Source: a virus (taxonomy: Duplodnaviria > Caudoviricetes). Taken from it: a DNA stretch of 64,000 bases. Of this stretch, positions 30,101 to 39,739 are shown piece by piece (positions within the stretch are counted from its first letter, which is position 1; each line of letters opens with the position of its first letter). The DNA lies in IMG/VR virus record IMGVR_UViG_3300021256_000072, positions 1 to 64,000 of that record. One strand, given 5' to 3'. Under the pieces are notes generated by a model. The model had not been told where the DNA came from. It did no database searches and was given only the letters and a program-made list of their open reading frames with translations. Both the position numbers and the translations under genes were made by a program.

Positions 30101-32333
30101 ATCCATTGTAGGTATCATTTATTCTACCAGCAGTATCAGTAAATGACAATACCATCACTGGAATTTTCGACAACTTAGCAATATTGTCAATAGCGGTAGA
30201 ATTGGTTTTTACAAAATTATCGCTATCACAAGTAAATCCGGAGAAAGCATCGAACAAGGCCTTATCACTATCATCAACTGCACCTCCTAATAATTTTTCA
30301 TAATAAGTATAGTAATACCCGATGAAATCATTATCAGTTAACCAAGTTGTTGAAGAACTTTGATCTGAGTGTTGGAAGCAGTGATATTCTACTTCATTGA
30401 CATAGTAGTTTCCTGGATAGAATACAACATCAGTATACTCTTGATGGACGGTTACGAAATTCTTCATAGCAGCCTCAAGTACTCCATCCAAATACACATA
30501 AACGCCTTTCCAGTAGTTATTACCCTCTCTTCTTTCAAACTTTTTATAAATACTAAGCTGGTGGTAATTGGTTGAAACAGAGTCATCGAGATTATCAGTC
30601 ATTGGAAGGAATATTTCACAAGACTCTCCCTCGATCCCTATAATCTTTCCATCCTCATTTATAGTTATATCATCAGCAGTACTTATTACAATCTTACTTT
30701 GATATACGAAGATATTCCACTTATTAGTTCCTCCTGCTGCTGAAAATGAGAAGATAGGGTATTCTGTTTCATTAATGCTAGAATATTGGATACCTACTGT
30801 TAGTAACTGGTCAAGGTCATTATACGTTGATGCTACTTGTTGATCAAAGGTACAAACAATATTCTCAGTATTATTAATGTTACTAGAAATAGCTGAGGTA
30901 TATGGTATACTTACATTGTTACTCTCAGAATATCTTCTATAATAACTAGAGAGAACTGGAGTAATATCTTTTGGTATCCAATCAAAATTAGATGTAGATT
31001 CCTTAACGAAGAAGTAATATCCAGTAGTATAACTTGTTCCTTCTGCAGAAATGGTGAAAGATATATAATGTTCTCCACTTGATGTAATAGGAACACTAGG
31101 AGCCTGTTGAGTTTGGTCAGAAAGCTGTGTAATACTTTGTTCTACATCTTCCAAATCTTCTGGTGAGGTTCCAAGTTGTATTAAGAGGTTATATTTTCTG
31201 GTGGTATCTAAACTTCCGTAATATGGAGTAAGTACAAAGACTGCTGAACCTAAACTAAATCTTCCGTTTACTGGATAGTTTATTACATTATCTCCATTTA
31301 ATTGTCTATGTTCATAAAGGGTTCCTGCTGATGTGGTTAATTTCAAGAACATACCGGCTGGAATCAAATTATCCTTTAATGACATTTCAGCAATATCTTC
31401 TGGATGTGGATTTCCCTCTAATGTAATATTAACGTTCAGAATAAACTGAGTATATTTAGCATTTTCATTATCATCTAAAAAATCCAAAATATCAGTCTCA
31501 GTACACAAGTCCAAGTAGATGGTATTAGTGGATTTTTCCTGAATAAGTTTATCTGTTGGAACTTCTCCTGCTGGAACAATAGTCGTAGTAACACCTTGAG
31601 GAGTAGTTTTTGTTATACCATTAAGTTGAGATACTTTCCAATAGTTACCCTCCCAATCCGAATATGAATACTCAGCACTTAAAAGCCCTACCGAAACTGT
31701 ATAAGTAAGAGCAGCCTGAATACCGCTAGTTTTAACATCGTTCATGAAGATAGTATTATTAGAAGGAGTAAAATCCATCTTAGAATCTGCATAAACGTAT
31801 TTTAAAGTAAAGGTATGAGAAACTACAATATATGGAATAACGAAAGTACTAACCTCTTGTGTATCTTGGTTAACTACTGTCAAAGATATATTACCATTAA
31901 GATCCAAGTACATAGCTTTTTGCCACAAGAATCCATCTCCAGCAGTAATAACATTAGACGAGGCTTGGGTTCCTTTTGAATTTACATAAGAAGAGGAAAC
32001 TCTAAAAGAACTTTGACCGCCACCATAAATTTGAATACAAAAGGTGTAATTTCCAACTCCACTAAGATTGACTGGAACATTATTAGTTAAAACGTCTCCG
32101 CTAGGTCCACCTTTGGTTACTACAATTTTCCAAGAAGTAGAAGAAGAACCGGATCCTCCTCCAGACCCGGTCCCAATTCCTCCATTCTTATAAATCCACT
32201 TAATATTACTTTCGAGTGTATTGATTTTCTCTCCATAATTAGCTAAAACGGATGAAAGGTCTCTACCAGAGTCATTATTATTTGTAATGGTTATGTCTTG
32301 GTCAGTTACTATATTTTTTCCGTTTTTCTTCAT
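24177..32333 (-). CDS. Giant (2718 aa) probable virion protein with CotH-kinase-like domain and LRR-like C-terminal region
   Basis: LQGSST, LKADVVDSSHTNN, GFPILLF, GVYNFNLGR, GLVDSVQKNL and FYDMDT motifs; later FPNLKTINIT / AFYGCSRLKYI LRR-like repeats. Confidence 0.7.
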   Translation of the reverse strand: MKKNGKNIVTDQDITITNNNDSGRDLSSVLANYGEKINTLESNIKWIYKNGGIGTGSGGGSGSSSTSWKIVVTKGGPSGDVLTNNVPVNLSGVGNYTFCIQIYGGGQSSFRVSSSYVNSKGTQASSNVITAGDGFLWQKAMYLDLNGNISLTVVNQDTQEVSTFVIPYIVVSHTFTLKYVYADSKMDFTPSNNTIFMNDVKTSGIQAALTYTVSVGLLSAEYSYSDWEGNYWKVSQLNGITKTTPQGVTTTIVPAGEVPTDKLIQEKSTNTIYLDLCTETDILDFLDDNENAKYTQFILNVNITLEGNPHPEDIAEMSLKDNLIPAGMFLKLTTSAGTLYEHRQLNGDNVINYPVNGRFSLGSAVFVLTPYYGSLDTTRKYNLLIQLGTSPEDLEDVEQSITQLSDQTQQAPSVPITSSGEHYISFTISAEGTSYTTGYYFFVKESTSNFDWIPKDITPVLSSYYRRYSESNNVSIPYTSAISSNINNTENIVCTFDQQVASTYNDLDQLLTVGIQYSSINETEYPIFSFSAAGGTNKWNIFVYQSKIVISTADDITINEDGKIIGIEGESCEIFLPMTDNLDDSVSTNYHQLSIYKKFERREGNNYWKGVYVYLDGVLEAAMKNFVTVHQEYTDVVFYPGNYYVNEVEYHCFQHSDQSSSTTWLTDNDFIGYYYTYYEKLLGGAVDDSDKALFDAFSGFTCDSDNFVKTNSTAIDNIAKLSKIPVMVLSFTDTAGRINDTYNGYNVDNFRGWVSAEYTEMDEIENVSVTVQWADGKGTELTTITKQGSSAPANFELTLQGSSTRSYRCKNFELIAPESNDESKCLFSPNFDPNNPETFLPEESFTLKADVVDSSHTNNNAMGKFINDITTPFALARQNKAVYGNFIKNCLTGFPILLFIHTRYKQDKNAADVNIENYYFFGVYNFNLGRNSYFNLGYKDLTKLESLGLTSGFHIYDIAPEDNGILNSVAAAEIQGNNKFFDFSQYSETILYDIGTGDETVMFGDFVDGVSGSSGKYANAKSKIAAFVRRVARAGGYAFEAIGKTFSTSPSDYYGYNDKYSATDENGVPKNQVPNYLYQATRSKVGTTNIYNFTMLQDPATERDLKELLLHDETGESNVEVGLDYTAVCEYYTICMAFGLVDSVQKNLNIKSWNSGTSFYPAFYDMDTCLGVSNSGSRISYFAFSDYWESSVNDKGFLNEANVWRDYSPKEESDTTNGQVEENKDGDPNSAFFDVPSSYLFAIAKYAYPILKEVDLIMHPSNLWALWRNSSRNDAWNTQSEKQRGCLSNAEYFMNTYYNDHLKDVPLSAFNYNYKYKYFVFPENSTAFDTTNFPKFYGRKQAYTADWLQGRFHILDAYFNLNRLGDTLNALEDISSPIPDTQFIDSNNKDIYVLKDIFSDTSAGNQYINLSAAVSVQAKPYAPLILKGTNQSARYILPYDGRVCNLSIKTDSNQFSLLGGSSLWTYLSSINPFITTKGTLTVKSDYFTSLIGTSGICSLWTINTPSLKTISLTNNDGYSGDLAFESTGTTDNFPNLKTINITGTKIALRVSNESFTTLAATNMKAGSKIDITNVGTLSKVSISGTLSSLNIPSWQNNIILPTTWSSNNTSANWACNSVTVVNDTKKYPHNTLTIRNNTTMTSLSVTGFENVYVYNCPKLETFSINDPNSDVLKVLKIEAPSPSNATATTLKSGPVAGVVDLSNQTALTSVYLMNTRLEVLKLPNKNVDFPYRAFYGCSRLKYIEGSGNYYIISNDTFTNCSEWTYRQCEDVPGEDPVFARVFVKNTCTNLNNTFYITNTNIKGSIDYLAAKYFLDECIKSSNNPTISAGNVTTASNLFRNQSITYSLAQGWEEYLNGESSLSLSGFSKINICNGILYDNPIDFMNKYMFQGFASQSTWLSFSDTAMVGERTANNPRTSEETRGMWRQFSNTWYHVLYTTIDVLEFISSKITQIRFRTRNSDDTCLYFIEYDAGITDTVTEVEDYSPLSEVSMHDLFYGGGSNPPRVMRILRGIEIYPEQIINCTNWFTTDYVSIQPGTGIDYGLDMDEVFERVTYSGVKGMENLFYNVEVKSIVKSFRNISLNPNTNNGKGRVDIATFLNWGIGETNQNVIRRKLEKLKMLFSQTVDTSIGFPKTITYADFQALWANVLKYAVNLTGLYRLFYNCIITGTLPSEFSLVDEGTYTGEQNTSITTIDYLFSNCYFRTDLQSQNQYLTITHDFFKYLPNLTSLYETFYSTRWKNPIPFDFLRKRREVVSTVFVSTGGSGRKPVKLITYEYDRTVESLEGCFRNIILETPQCFDPQGEYNKGSFKRVRLVTYGAGGAEIDEGTEYYESETSSTKHTIQQPTEITDTENIQSHFTQRITTYPLGTTAQEVKNLSNYSNVRSNGCFVAPDIFYGSSTSGCSIYACFANYNGSIVTFTGVLPDNLLKNCKSASITYTFYGLYITPKLYDTYIENTVDGNGDPVQVYHKYYYYVPVNFTDATSLANAFNFKLIVPPVSDYEKVYYVVFLNDSTRKSIPTSTITLANALPGGSNSAGGAEVPIGLVDASAGFPKYYTADSGIRYSVMGTPILSPIYEDDGQGNQVDTGETEFTGMEWGLDLMSYPNLKLDNIYNNAINLFIYGNVIKEGTLISWNKSTLLSNSSSYFMRIGYSDYGGLSYAAKIAPPLTSNSQYLIATAGDPLGNGINTESLLGYDEADYNTYRACYDNVTFYPVPT

Positions 32334-32367
32334 AAGAATAATTATATTTTTAATTTATAATTTGCAC

Positions 32368-35300
32368 TTAACTTACTACAATTAATGGTGTTTTAACATT
32401 ATATCCCCAGTTTCCATAAATTGCTGGAGTACCATCAGCAGGGCTAGCCTCATTACCCTTAAGGAAGCTATAAGAAGCATTGTTCTTAGAGTAATTAGTC
32501 TGAGAGAAAAGTTTAGTGCCGCTCATTATATTTTCAATTCTATACAAATAAACTGTATAGGTTCCTCCACTTAATTCAACTTCAGCAAACATAGGTCTCT
32601 GCTGATTTGCATTAGGAGTGTCTGAAGATGCTCCTACAGTAGTCTTTGGAATAACATATGCAAATCGTTGATCTGGAGAAGGAAGTTCTTTATTAGACTT
32701 AAGCTTAAATCCAGTTGCTTGACACATAAAGTAAACAACCCCACCTGTCAAATTATTAACGCCATAATAAGGATAGTATAGCGCAGAAGTTTTAGTAATA
32801 CCCAAACTGTCACTTCTCATCAATGGGAACTTAGTCGTATTGATAGTTATTGGATTTGACCCTGCTTTTTCTAGAGAGAAATTATAAGTAGCATTTGAAT
32901 CACCAGCGGATACAACATCAGTAGTTCCAACAGTAGTAGTCCAAGTTACATTATCATTCTCTAGGGTTCTTGTCATAGTCATTGGGCCAGACTCCAAAGA
33001 ACTAGTTAAAGTATTGTTATCAGTATAGTAATAAAACTCTCTTACTGGATTTGTACAAGCGTAAGTATGTTTATGACCTCCAAGAACTAATTTTATTCTA
33101 AAATGTTCCAATAATCTAGAGAACCAATAAATAGCCTTAGTATCTGTATAATTCAATCTATTACCATGACAACCTACTAATGATCCAGTGGCTTTTTCTT
33201 TAAGAGATCTATCTATATTCTCTTTACCATGTACCAAGTTAGCATTAGTTACAACCGTGAATGGCATCTCATGACAAATTACAATAGTATTTACACCATT
33301 TCCTGCATTTAACATGTCATAAGTCATAGTGTAAACAGTAGTAAATGAATTATCATAAGTTGCATTATTAGCTGTAGTGATAGGCCAACCAGTATAGACA
33401 TTTATAGCTGTTCCATCTTGTGCTAACTGCTTATACCACTCTTGACAAGTTGTAGCAGTAATCTCAGAATTGAACATTACAAATCTATATGGGTTAGTTC
33501 CCTTGCTTTCAAAATAATACAACGAAGGTATATAATGAGTAGCATTACTATTACTAATAATTGGAACTATATCAGGATCTATTTCATAGCAGTAGAATAT
33601 ATGGAAATAGTGAGCATTAGATTTACCAGGATCATCTCCAGTTCCTAATCTTTCATAGGAAATTGTAGTAACATTGCCCTCTGAATCTACTTCATCTATA
33701 GAGTTACACAAATCATTATTACCAACAACATTCATTTGTTCAAGGTGATCAAACAAACACTGTCCTCCATTATAATAATCCAACCACTCATTTACTCTAG
33801 TACCATTCTGAGTCATATCACCAGTATTTATAAAGATTGGTATGATATTTCCAGAATAGTTATAAGAATCTACTGTATAACCGTCATCCTTAAAGGTACA
33901 ACCTATGGCCTGATTTATTGTTTTATTTACCTCCTTAGCAGCTCCAGCCCAACATTGATATTCAATCCAATGGAATCCTTGCTGGTCAGTAGTTTGGAAT
34001 ACTCTAGGAACGAATGTAGTAGGGTAGATGGTAAAGGTCTGAATCTTAGATATATGTTCTTGATCTGGATTATTATTTATATCAGCTCGACCTACTATAT
34101 ACTCATAAACTACAGGAGCTCCACTAGTCGCTGCAGCAGCTCTAAGATCTACAATACATTTGTGAGAAGTATAAAATGTTCCATCAGCAGGGAAGTGACC
34201 TGTCAATCTGTCATATATTACTGACTGAATTGTGGCAGTTGGATTATTAGTAGTTAGATTATTGAAAGTTCCAAAGGTTTTCTTAACAAATCCACTACTT
34301 CCTGCATTATCATTAGACAGCCCTGGTTTATAGGATTCAAATCTAGCTTCCCAATCAGTTTGGCCTTTTCTTCTAATCCAAATATATTCATCGAAGTATC
34401 CACAAGAAATCCAGTTAAAGCATCTTGTAGTATGGATATTTATGCCAAAACTACAAGTCACCATATTAGGATGCTCTTTGTCTAACTTTGATTTATCTGT
34501 ACAAACATTTTTATGCTCATAAGAAGCCTTTGGAGTATAGAAACTAACCTCTCTAGTTTCACTTGTCTTAGGGAAACTTATGTATTTATTATCTATAGCC
34601 AAACATTGATAATCATCTACAGACTGATTTCTCTTTCTGCTACTATCATAAGTATTACAACTTTGGAAAGCTTGTTTTGCTGGATCTAATTCGAAAGTAT
34701 TCTTAAAGATCCTATCCCGATAAACATTAGTAACCGTTTTAGGAATCAAATCTCTAGTAATGCACTTCATCTTATTATGTGTCCAGGTAGAAGAAGTCTT
34801 GTAAGTTACTGGAGCTATGATAGATACTGTATCAATATAATTTGGGTGATAAGTCCAAGGAGCATTAGTTGTATCTTCAGTACCATTACCGAATAATACA
34901 GTCTGGAAAGAGAAGTTAGAATTAGGATCTACATCTTTTCCTGGAAGTCCATATGTAAGAAGGAAGGTATTATTTTCTGATAGTCTAAAATCTATCAACT
35001 CACCATCTACATACCATTCCTGATCATACGTGGCAACTTTAATAAAACAGTCAGCTTGGTCAAAACTAGTATACTGCTTTCCACGAATTAAATACGTACC
35101 ACCTGCAGGAACTACTCCAGTCAAAGCTAAGCTATATTCAGTTACTTCATCATTTCCATTACTTTCAGCTGCACAAACGCCAGTAGCATAATGTAAATAA
35201 CAGCCATCTAACTGAAAATCTTTATCTGAAGTATTCTCGAGTTCTACAAAAGCGTGAGAACAGTTATATATTTTCTGATCTGCTTCTGGAATATAAATAC

Positions 35301-37167
35301 TTCCGATTTTAATACGGTCAGCATAAAGACCAATATCTTTATTCATTGCGATCGCTTTATTAGGATTTTCAGCATTCTGTTCTTTATGACCTAACATCCC
35401 AACAAAGCCTCTATAGTTAGTAAGTGAAGAAGTATTTGTAGATAAAGTAAATTCTACATTTTCCATTCGATCTTCCAAGGTGGTAGAGCCTAATTCAGTA
35501 CCTTTTAACTCACCCTCAGAATTAACTTCAAATTTAAACTTCTTCCCAGTAGCTTGATGAACAAAAGTAATATCACCAATTTTATTAAGCTCAACATTAC
35601 CAGAACCATTTTCAGTTGTGACGATTCCATTTTGAGCTAACCAAGAAATTATTTCAGCTTTCTCCATACCTGAATCAATATCATCGGCACCTCCTCCGGC
35701 ACCTAATTTTATCATTTTATATGCCCCTTTGATATAAAGAGAGTTATTACTTTCATTAAAGACCAATTCATTTTTAGGCAACTGATCTTTAATTTTATTA
35801 AGCATTTCTGTATTAACTACTGATCTGACTGTAATATGAGCACATCTATATTTATAATCATCATCAGTAGTAGGATTCATCGGCTCTACTGTATTTGCAA
35901 AACTTTGATATTTAGAGTAACAATTAAATTTATAGATAGTACAATCAGTAAATGAAACTGAAGAAATGTAATACCTATTGTCTTCTAAATTAGATGAATT
36001 TCCAAAATAAGTAGCACTTGATTTTATTTTATTTCCTGTAGACCAATATCCAGATTCTGATTCTAATGTCGCAAAATCAGCAACAGAAATCCAAGCGAAA
36101 TTATATCCATAAAATTCCTCTTCAAATTCATGAGCTCTAGATAATATAAATAGAATATTATATCTATTAGACGTAGACTTACTAAATCCACAACTATTTA
36201 GATCAATATTTATAGTATTAGTATCATCTGCACAATTCTTTAGGGTTATTCTAATGTCTAAAGAATCGGTCGTCATAAATAAATAGATTTTAGGGTCTAC
36301 TACGGTCTTGTATCCTAGATCTTCATCATCATTCCAAGTTGCAGTGCCATTAACCTCTAACAATCCATCTCCAACACTTACATTTTCTTTTGGTGTCAGA
36401 GAGTGTTGTTTTGATAAAAGTAAGTAAGCTCCTTCAATACTTGATAAATCCTCTTCATCTGTTGCCCATAATGGTTCTTCCTCAGTCTCAGCTTTATTAT
36501 CAGCTAAGACTTTAGACATTGCAGTATCTTCATTGTTGTATGAATAAATACCGTAATTAAATGAATTCTTTAATTTATTAACCTCGGCTTGAAGAGATCT
36601 AATTGCTGAGAAAAGGATATCTATATAAGTACCATTTCCAACATTAGTGAACGAAGTTGTTTTAGGAGTTGCAGCTACGTCATTAACATCAGGAATCGTT
36701 ATATAATCATCAGGCAAACAATTATTATCCGCCATTGATTGATACATAGTGTTATTAAGAATTGGAATACCCGAAGTAAACATTTTCCAAGTTCCATTCT
36801 CATAATATCTATGCGTACCGTCCTCTTCTACATAAACAATAGTGCCTTCATCTACTTCTAATTCTGCAAGATCTGACAAAGAACTTACTGACCCTAATCC
36901 ACCACCTGCTTTAAATACACTCCATTCTTCAGTAGACGCACTATATTTATAATAAGTATCCCCAGGATGATTATCTTGAGTGTCTCTTACATAAACTAGC
37001 ATACCTTCTTCTGCTAGTTTATTCTTTTCTATAATATTTACAAGATCAGAGTATTTTTCGACGGAATGAAGACCCCCCTTTACATTTTCAGCTTCTACTA
37101 TTGGAAACTGACCGGAAGGATAAAGGGTTTGAGGATATGTTATTTTTATACTATTCGTCGTTTTCAT
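32368..37167 (-). CDS. Large protein with lamin-tail-like domain and calcineurin-like metallophosphoesterase domain
   Basis: HAFVELENTSDKDFQLDGCYLHY; TDQQ, TGDMTQNG, VGNNDL, CHEMP, GGHKHTY. Confidence 0.75.
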   Translation of the reverse strand: MKTTNSIKITYPQTLYPSGQFPIVEAENVKGGLHSVEKYSDLVNIIEKNKLAEEGMLVYVRDTQDNHPGDTYYKYSASTEEWSVFKAGGGLGSVSSLSDLAELEVDEGTIVYVEEDGTHRYYENGTWKMFTSGIPILNNTMYQSMADNNCLPDDYITIPDVNDVAATPKTTSFTNVGNGTYIDILFSAIRSLQAEVNKLKNSFNYGIYSYNNEDTAMSKVLADNKAETEEEPLWATDEEDLSSIEGAYLLLSKQHSLTPKENVSVGDGLLEVNGTATWNDDEDLGYKTVVDPKIYLFMTTDSLDIRITLKNCADDTNTINIDLNSCGFSKSTSNRYNILFILSRAHEFEEEFYGYNFAWISVADFATLESESGYWSTGNKIKSSATYFGNSSNLEDNRYYISSVSFTDCTIYKFNCYSKYQSFANTVEPMNPTTDDDYKYRCAHITVRSVVNTEMLNKIKDQLPKNELVFNESNNSLYIKGAYKMIKLGAGGGADDIDSGMEKAEIISWLAQNGIVTTENGSGNVELNKIGDITFVHQATGKKFKFEVNSEGELKGTELGSTTLEDRMENVEFTLSTNTSSLTNYRGFVGMLGHKEQNAENPNKAIAMNKDIGLYADRIKIGSIYIPEADQKIYNCSHAFVELENTSDKDFQLDGCYLHYATGVCAAESNGNDEVTEYSLALTGVVPAGGTYLIRGKQYTSFDQADCFIKVATYDQEWYVDGELIDFRLSENNTFLLTYGLPGKDVDPNSNFSFQTVLFGNGTEDTTNAPWTYHPNYIDTVSIIAPVTYKTSSTWTHNKMKCITRDLIPKTVTNVYRDRIFKNTFELDPAKQAFQSCNTYDSSRKRNQSVDDYQCLAIDNKYISFPKTSETREVSFYTPKASYEHKNVCTDKSKLDKEHPNMVTCSFGINIHTTRCFNWISCGYFDEYIWIRRKGQTDWEARFESYKPGLSNDNAGSSGFVKKTFGTFNNLTTNNPTATIQSVIYDRLTGHFPADGTFYTSHKCIVDLRAAAATSGAPVVYEYIVGRADINNNPDQEHISKIQTFTIYPTTFVPRVFQTTDQQGFHWIEYQCWAGAAKEVNKTINQAIGCTFKDDGYTVDSYNYSGNIIPIFINTGDMTQNGTRVNEWLDYYNGGQCLFDHLEQMNVVGNNDLCNSIDEVDSEGNVTTISYERLGTGDDPGKSNAHYFHIFYCYEIDPDIVPIISNSNATHYIPSLYYFESKGTNPYRFVMFNSEITATTCQEWYKQLAQDGTAINVYTGWPITTANNATYDNSFTTVYTMTYDMLNAGNGVNTIVICHEMPFTVVTNANLVHGKENIDRSLKEKATGSLVGCHGNRLNYTDTKAIYWFSRLLEHFRIKLVLGGHKHTYACTNPVREFYYYTDNNTLTSSLESGPMTMTRTLENDNVTWTTTVGTTDVVSAGDSNATYNFSLEKAGSNPITINTTKFPLMRSDSLGITKTSALYYPYYGVNNLTGGVVYFMCQATGFKLKSNKELPSPDQRFAYVIPKTTVGASSDTPNANQQRPMFAEVELSGGTYTVYLYRIENIMSGTKLFSQTNYSKNNASYSFLKGNEASPADGTPAIYGNWGYNVKTPLIVVS

Positions 37168-37169
37168 AT

Positions 37170-38441
37170 TTATTGCAATTTAATAGTCTGTCCTAAAACA
37201 ATATTCTCAACAGATCTATAAAGATTGTATCCAGTTAATGCTACCGCCTGAGTTTTTCCTGTGATATCCCAAGTACCAGCAGGAATCTGAATATTACTTC
37301 CTACTTTAGTTGTTAGTTCAGCATAATAAGCATCAAGTGAACCAATAAGCTTAGTCATATAAACATTATTAGCCCCTCTACTTACTATATACAAAAACCA
37401 TCCAGTACTATCACTTGGAGTATAGTTACTGCCTGATGTAAATTTATATATTCTAGTTCCAGCAGGGATTGATGTTAGGTTATTAGATTTATGCCAGAAA
37501 TAGAAAGATTCATAAGCAAAATTGATTGTATATGATTGAGTTCTAGGTTCTGGTAAATTTCCCTTAACGTCACCATTTCCTCCAGGCGTAGCTTTTAAAG
37601 TAAATGTTGTAGTATTGGTAACTGTAACTGTTCTTTCTCCTGAATTTGCCTGTACTTCCTCACTACCACTCCCAACTTTTAATGTAACTGGAATAGTAGA
37701 AACTTGGGTAATAGATTCTCCTGAGCTATTTCTCTCTTCTTTACTTATACTACCTTGAACATCCCAAGACAAAGTAACCGGAACACTTTCGCCCATAACT
37801 CTATTTGATACTGGAGATGTATTAAAGCTAAAAGAATAAGTGCTCCAAGGGATATACTGGCCTTTACTAACTTTAAAAGGAATAGTTATAGGAGAAGAAT
37901 TGACTGTCATAGTATCTCCAGTTTCAACATGTTCCAAAGTTAAGACTAAAGTTACATCATTAACAGTTTTATTAACTTCATTATCTCCATAGGTATAAAC
38001 TATAGGATTAGAAGTGTCAATCAATCCTAAATTAACATCAACATTTCCAGAAGTTGAATTTCCTAGATTAATTGGAATTTCAGTATTACCTCTTTTCAGT
38101 ACTAATGAGCTAATTGAGTACATATCAGAGTTTCCAGGAGCTATTGAAAATCCTACGCTTCCAATAATGGTACTTCCAGAATATGTTTGAGCAACCCCAT
38201 AATAGTACGTTATATTCTCTAAATTTTTGGATTCAGTAATAGAAGGTGTATAATTAACCGTTTCGAAACTCCAATAAGTAGCTGGGAAAAGAGCATTAAT
38301 TATTCTGTCTAGAGCATCTTTTACATTATCTACTCCACTTAATTCTGCTCTTCCCATGGCATCAACATACTCAGCTTGTACGGAATCAATGATCTTATTA
38401 TCTGTAGCTGTACTATGAAATTTATCTGGTATATTTATCAT
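37170..38441 (-). CDS. Probable tail-associated beta-rich protein
   Basis: DNVKDALD motif; S/T/V-rich Ig-like segments; operon context. Confidence 0.6.
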   Translation of the reverse strand: MINIPDKFHSTATDNKIIDSVQAEYVDAMGRAELSGVDNVKDALDRIINALFPATYWSFETVNYTPSITESKNLENITYYYGVAQTYSGSTIIGSVGFSIAPGNSDMYSISSLVLKRGNTEIPINLGNSTSGNVDVNLGLIDTSNPIVYTYGDNEVNKTVNDVTLVLTLEHVETGDTMTVNSSPITIPFKVSKGQYIPWSTYSFSFNTSPVSNRVMGESVPVTLSWDVQGSISKEERNSSGESITQVSTIPVTLKVGSGSEEVQANSGERTVTVTNTTTFTLKATPGGNGDVKGNLPEPRTQSYTINFAYESFYFWHKSNNLTSIPAGTRIYKFTSGSNYTPSDSTGWFLYIVSRGANNVYMTKLIGSLDAYYAELTTKVGSNIQIPAGTWDITGKTQAVALTGYNLYRSVENIVLGQTIKLQ

Positions 38442-38442
38442 A

Positions 38443-39660
38443 CTATTCTAATCTTATTTTATAGGTTCCAGGGACTTGCTGTTTTGCTGATCTATAATAA
38501 GTAAACCCATCATTAGTTCCAGAATTTACTACTTCGAATTCAATAGAGCTCATTAAAAATCTGCCACTAAATTGAACTTCGTCAGGTATTGCAAACCATA
38601 AATATCCATTCTCAATTCCAGTTATAGTAACTTCTCCTGGATATGAAAATAGTGAAGCGTTAGTTGTCCATTCATTAATTTGATTATATGAACTTTCACT
38701 AGACATAACGGCTTTAGTAGGAGGATACATATACAAATCTACCTTCTGCTCTAAAGTTTGTTCTTCAGTAGTAGTAAGTACTGTAACATCTAAAACTGCC
38801 CTTAAAGTTATAGTAGTCTTTCCTCTTTTATTAACTGGGATTGTGATATTATTTTCAGCGATTGGAGTACTGTAAACTAAATCTGAGTCTTTAAGAATAT
38901 TAAGGCTCTTTGGCACAATATTTTCTCCCATAAAAGTAAAGGCAAATGAAGCGGTTATCTCAACATCTTCCCCTGTGTATAAGAGAGTAGTTGGAAAAAC
39001 AGAGAACACACACTTTACTAAATTATTACTTCCAATAACTACAGTCGTTTCTCCACCTTGTTGACCTCCTCCACCTTGTTGACCTTGGCCTTGCTCTCCT
39101 TGACCCCCACCTTGATTTCCGTTTCCGCCTCCATTATCTCCTCCTCCGGTAGATATGTTAGCGATAAGGGTCATTACTCTATCGAAACTGGCCTTGACTT
39201 CACTTGCTGTCATGAAATCGTCGGCTCTTTTCAATACATCTGTCTCTGCATTGTAATACCAATTGAAACCATCAGCTCCATTATAAAATACTGTATCAGT
39301 AGTGATTTCGTAAAGTCTTTTCATTACTCCATCATCACACTGACAGAAATAAAGCTTTCCATCATACCTACATACGGCTACTTCTTGATGAATTAGTTGA
39401 GATATATCTTCCAATCTGTCCGGATAAATTTTATTAACTGGAACTACCTCACCATTTGATATAATTCTATAGCTATCTCTTCCAGTTCCATCATTAATAC
39501 CAATGGCGGTAATTGCATTAACCTTATTTCCCGTAGTATAATATCTTACTACTACTGGTTGTCCAACAGCATGCTGAAATTCATTCAATCTAATAAGGGC
39601 TACATCATAGGATTGTTCTATGAAACCACTTCGTGAAAACTTAATAGTAGTATTATTCAT
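38443..39660 (-). CDS. Probable tail-associated protein; N-terminal paralog of 40405..44760; G/Q linker
   Basis: IEQSYDVALIRLNEFQHAVGQPVVVRYY; GGGDNGGGNGNQGGGQGEQGQG. Confidence 0.65.
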   Translation of the reverse strand: MNNTTIKFSRSGFIEQSYDVALIRLNEFQHAVGQPVVVRYYTTGNKVNAITAIGINDGTGRDSYRIISNGEVVPVNKIYPDRLEDISQLIHQEVAVCRYDGKLYFCQCDDGVMKRLYEITTDTVFYNGADGFNWYYNAETDVLKRADDFMTASEVKASFDRVMTLIANISTGGGDNGGGNGNQGGGQGEQGQGQQGGGGQQGGETTVVIGSNNLVKCVFSVFPTTLLYTGEDVEITASFAFTFMGENIVPKSLNILKDSDLVYSTPIAENNITIPVNKRGKTTITLRAVLDVTVLTTTEEQTLEQKVDLYMYPPTKAVMSSESSYNQINEWTTNASLFSYPGEVTITGIENGYLWFAIPDEVQFSGRFLMSSIEFEVVNSGTNDGFTYYRSAKQQVPGTYKIRLE

Positions 39661-39675
39661 ATCTTTATTAAAATT

Positions 39676-39733
39676 TGGGTCGCTGGAAGGGTACGATTCC
39701 TTCTTACAGCTAGAATATCTCTAACTCAGCGAC
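39676..39733 (-). ncRNA. tRNA-like three-way junction ending in CCA (no anticodon arm)
   Basis: GTCGCTG/CAGCGAC stem, AGTTAGA/TCTAGCT hairpin, GAAGG/CCTTC arm, then CCA. Confidence 0.4.
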
Positions 39734-39739
39734 GATTTT

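Noticed and set aside
39676-39733. Canonical tRNA gene
   Set aside because: Only 58 nt, no anticodon arm and a non-canonical T loop; kept only as a tRNA-like element.
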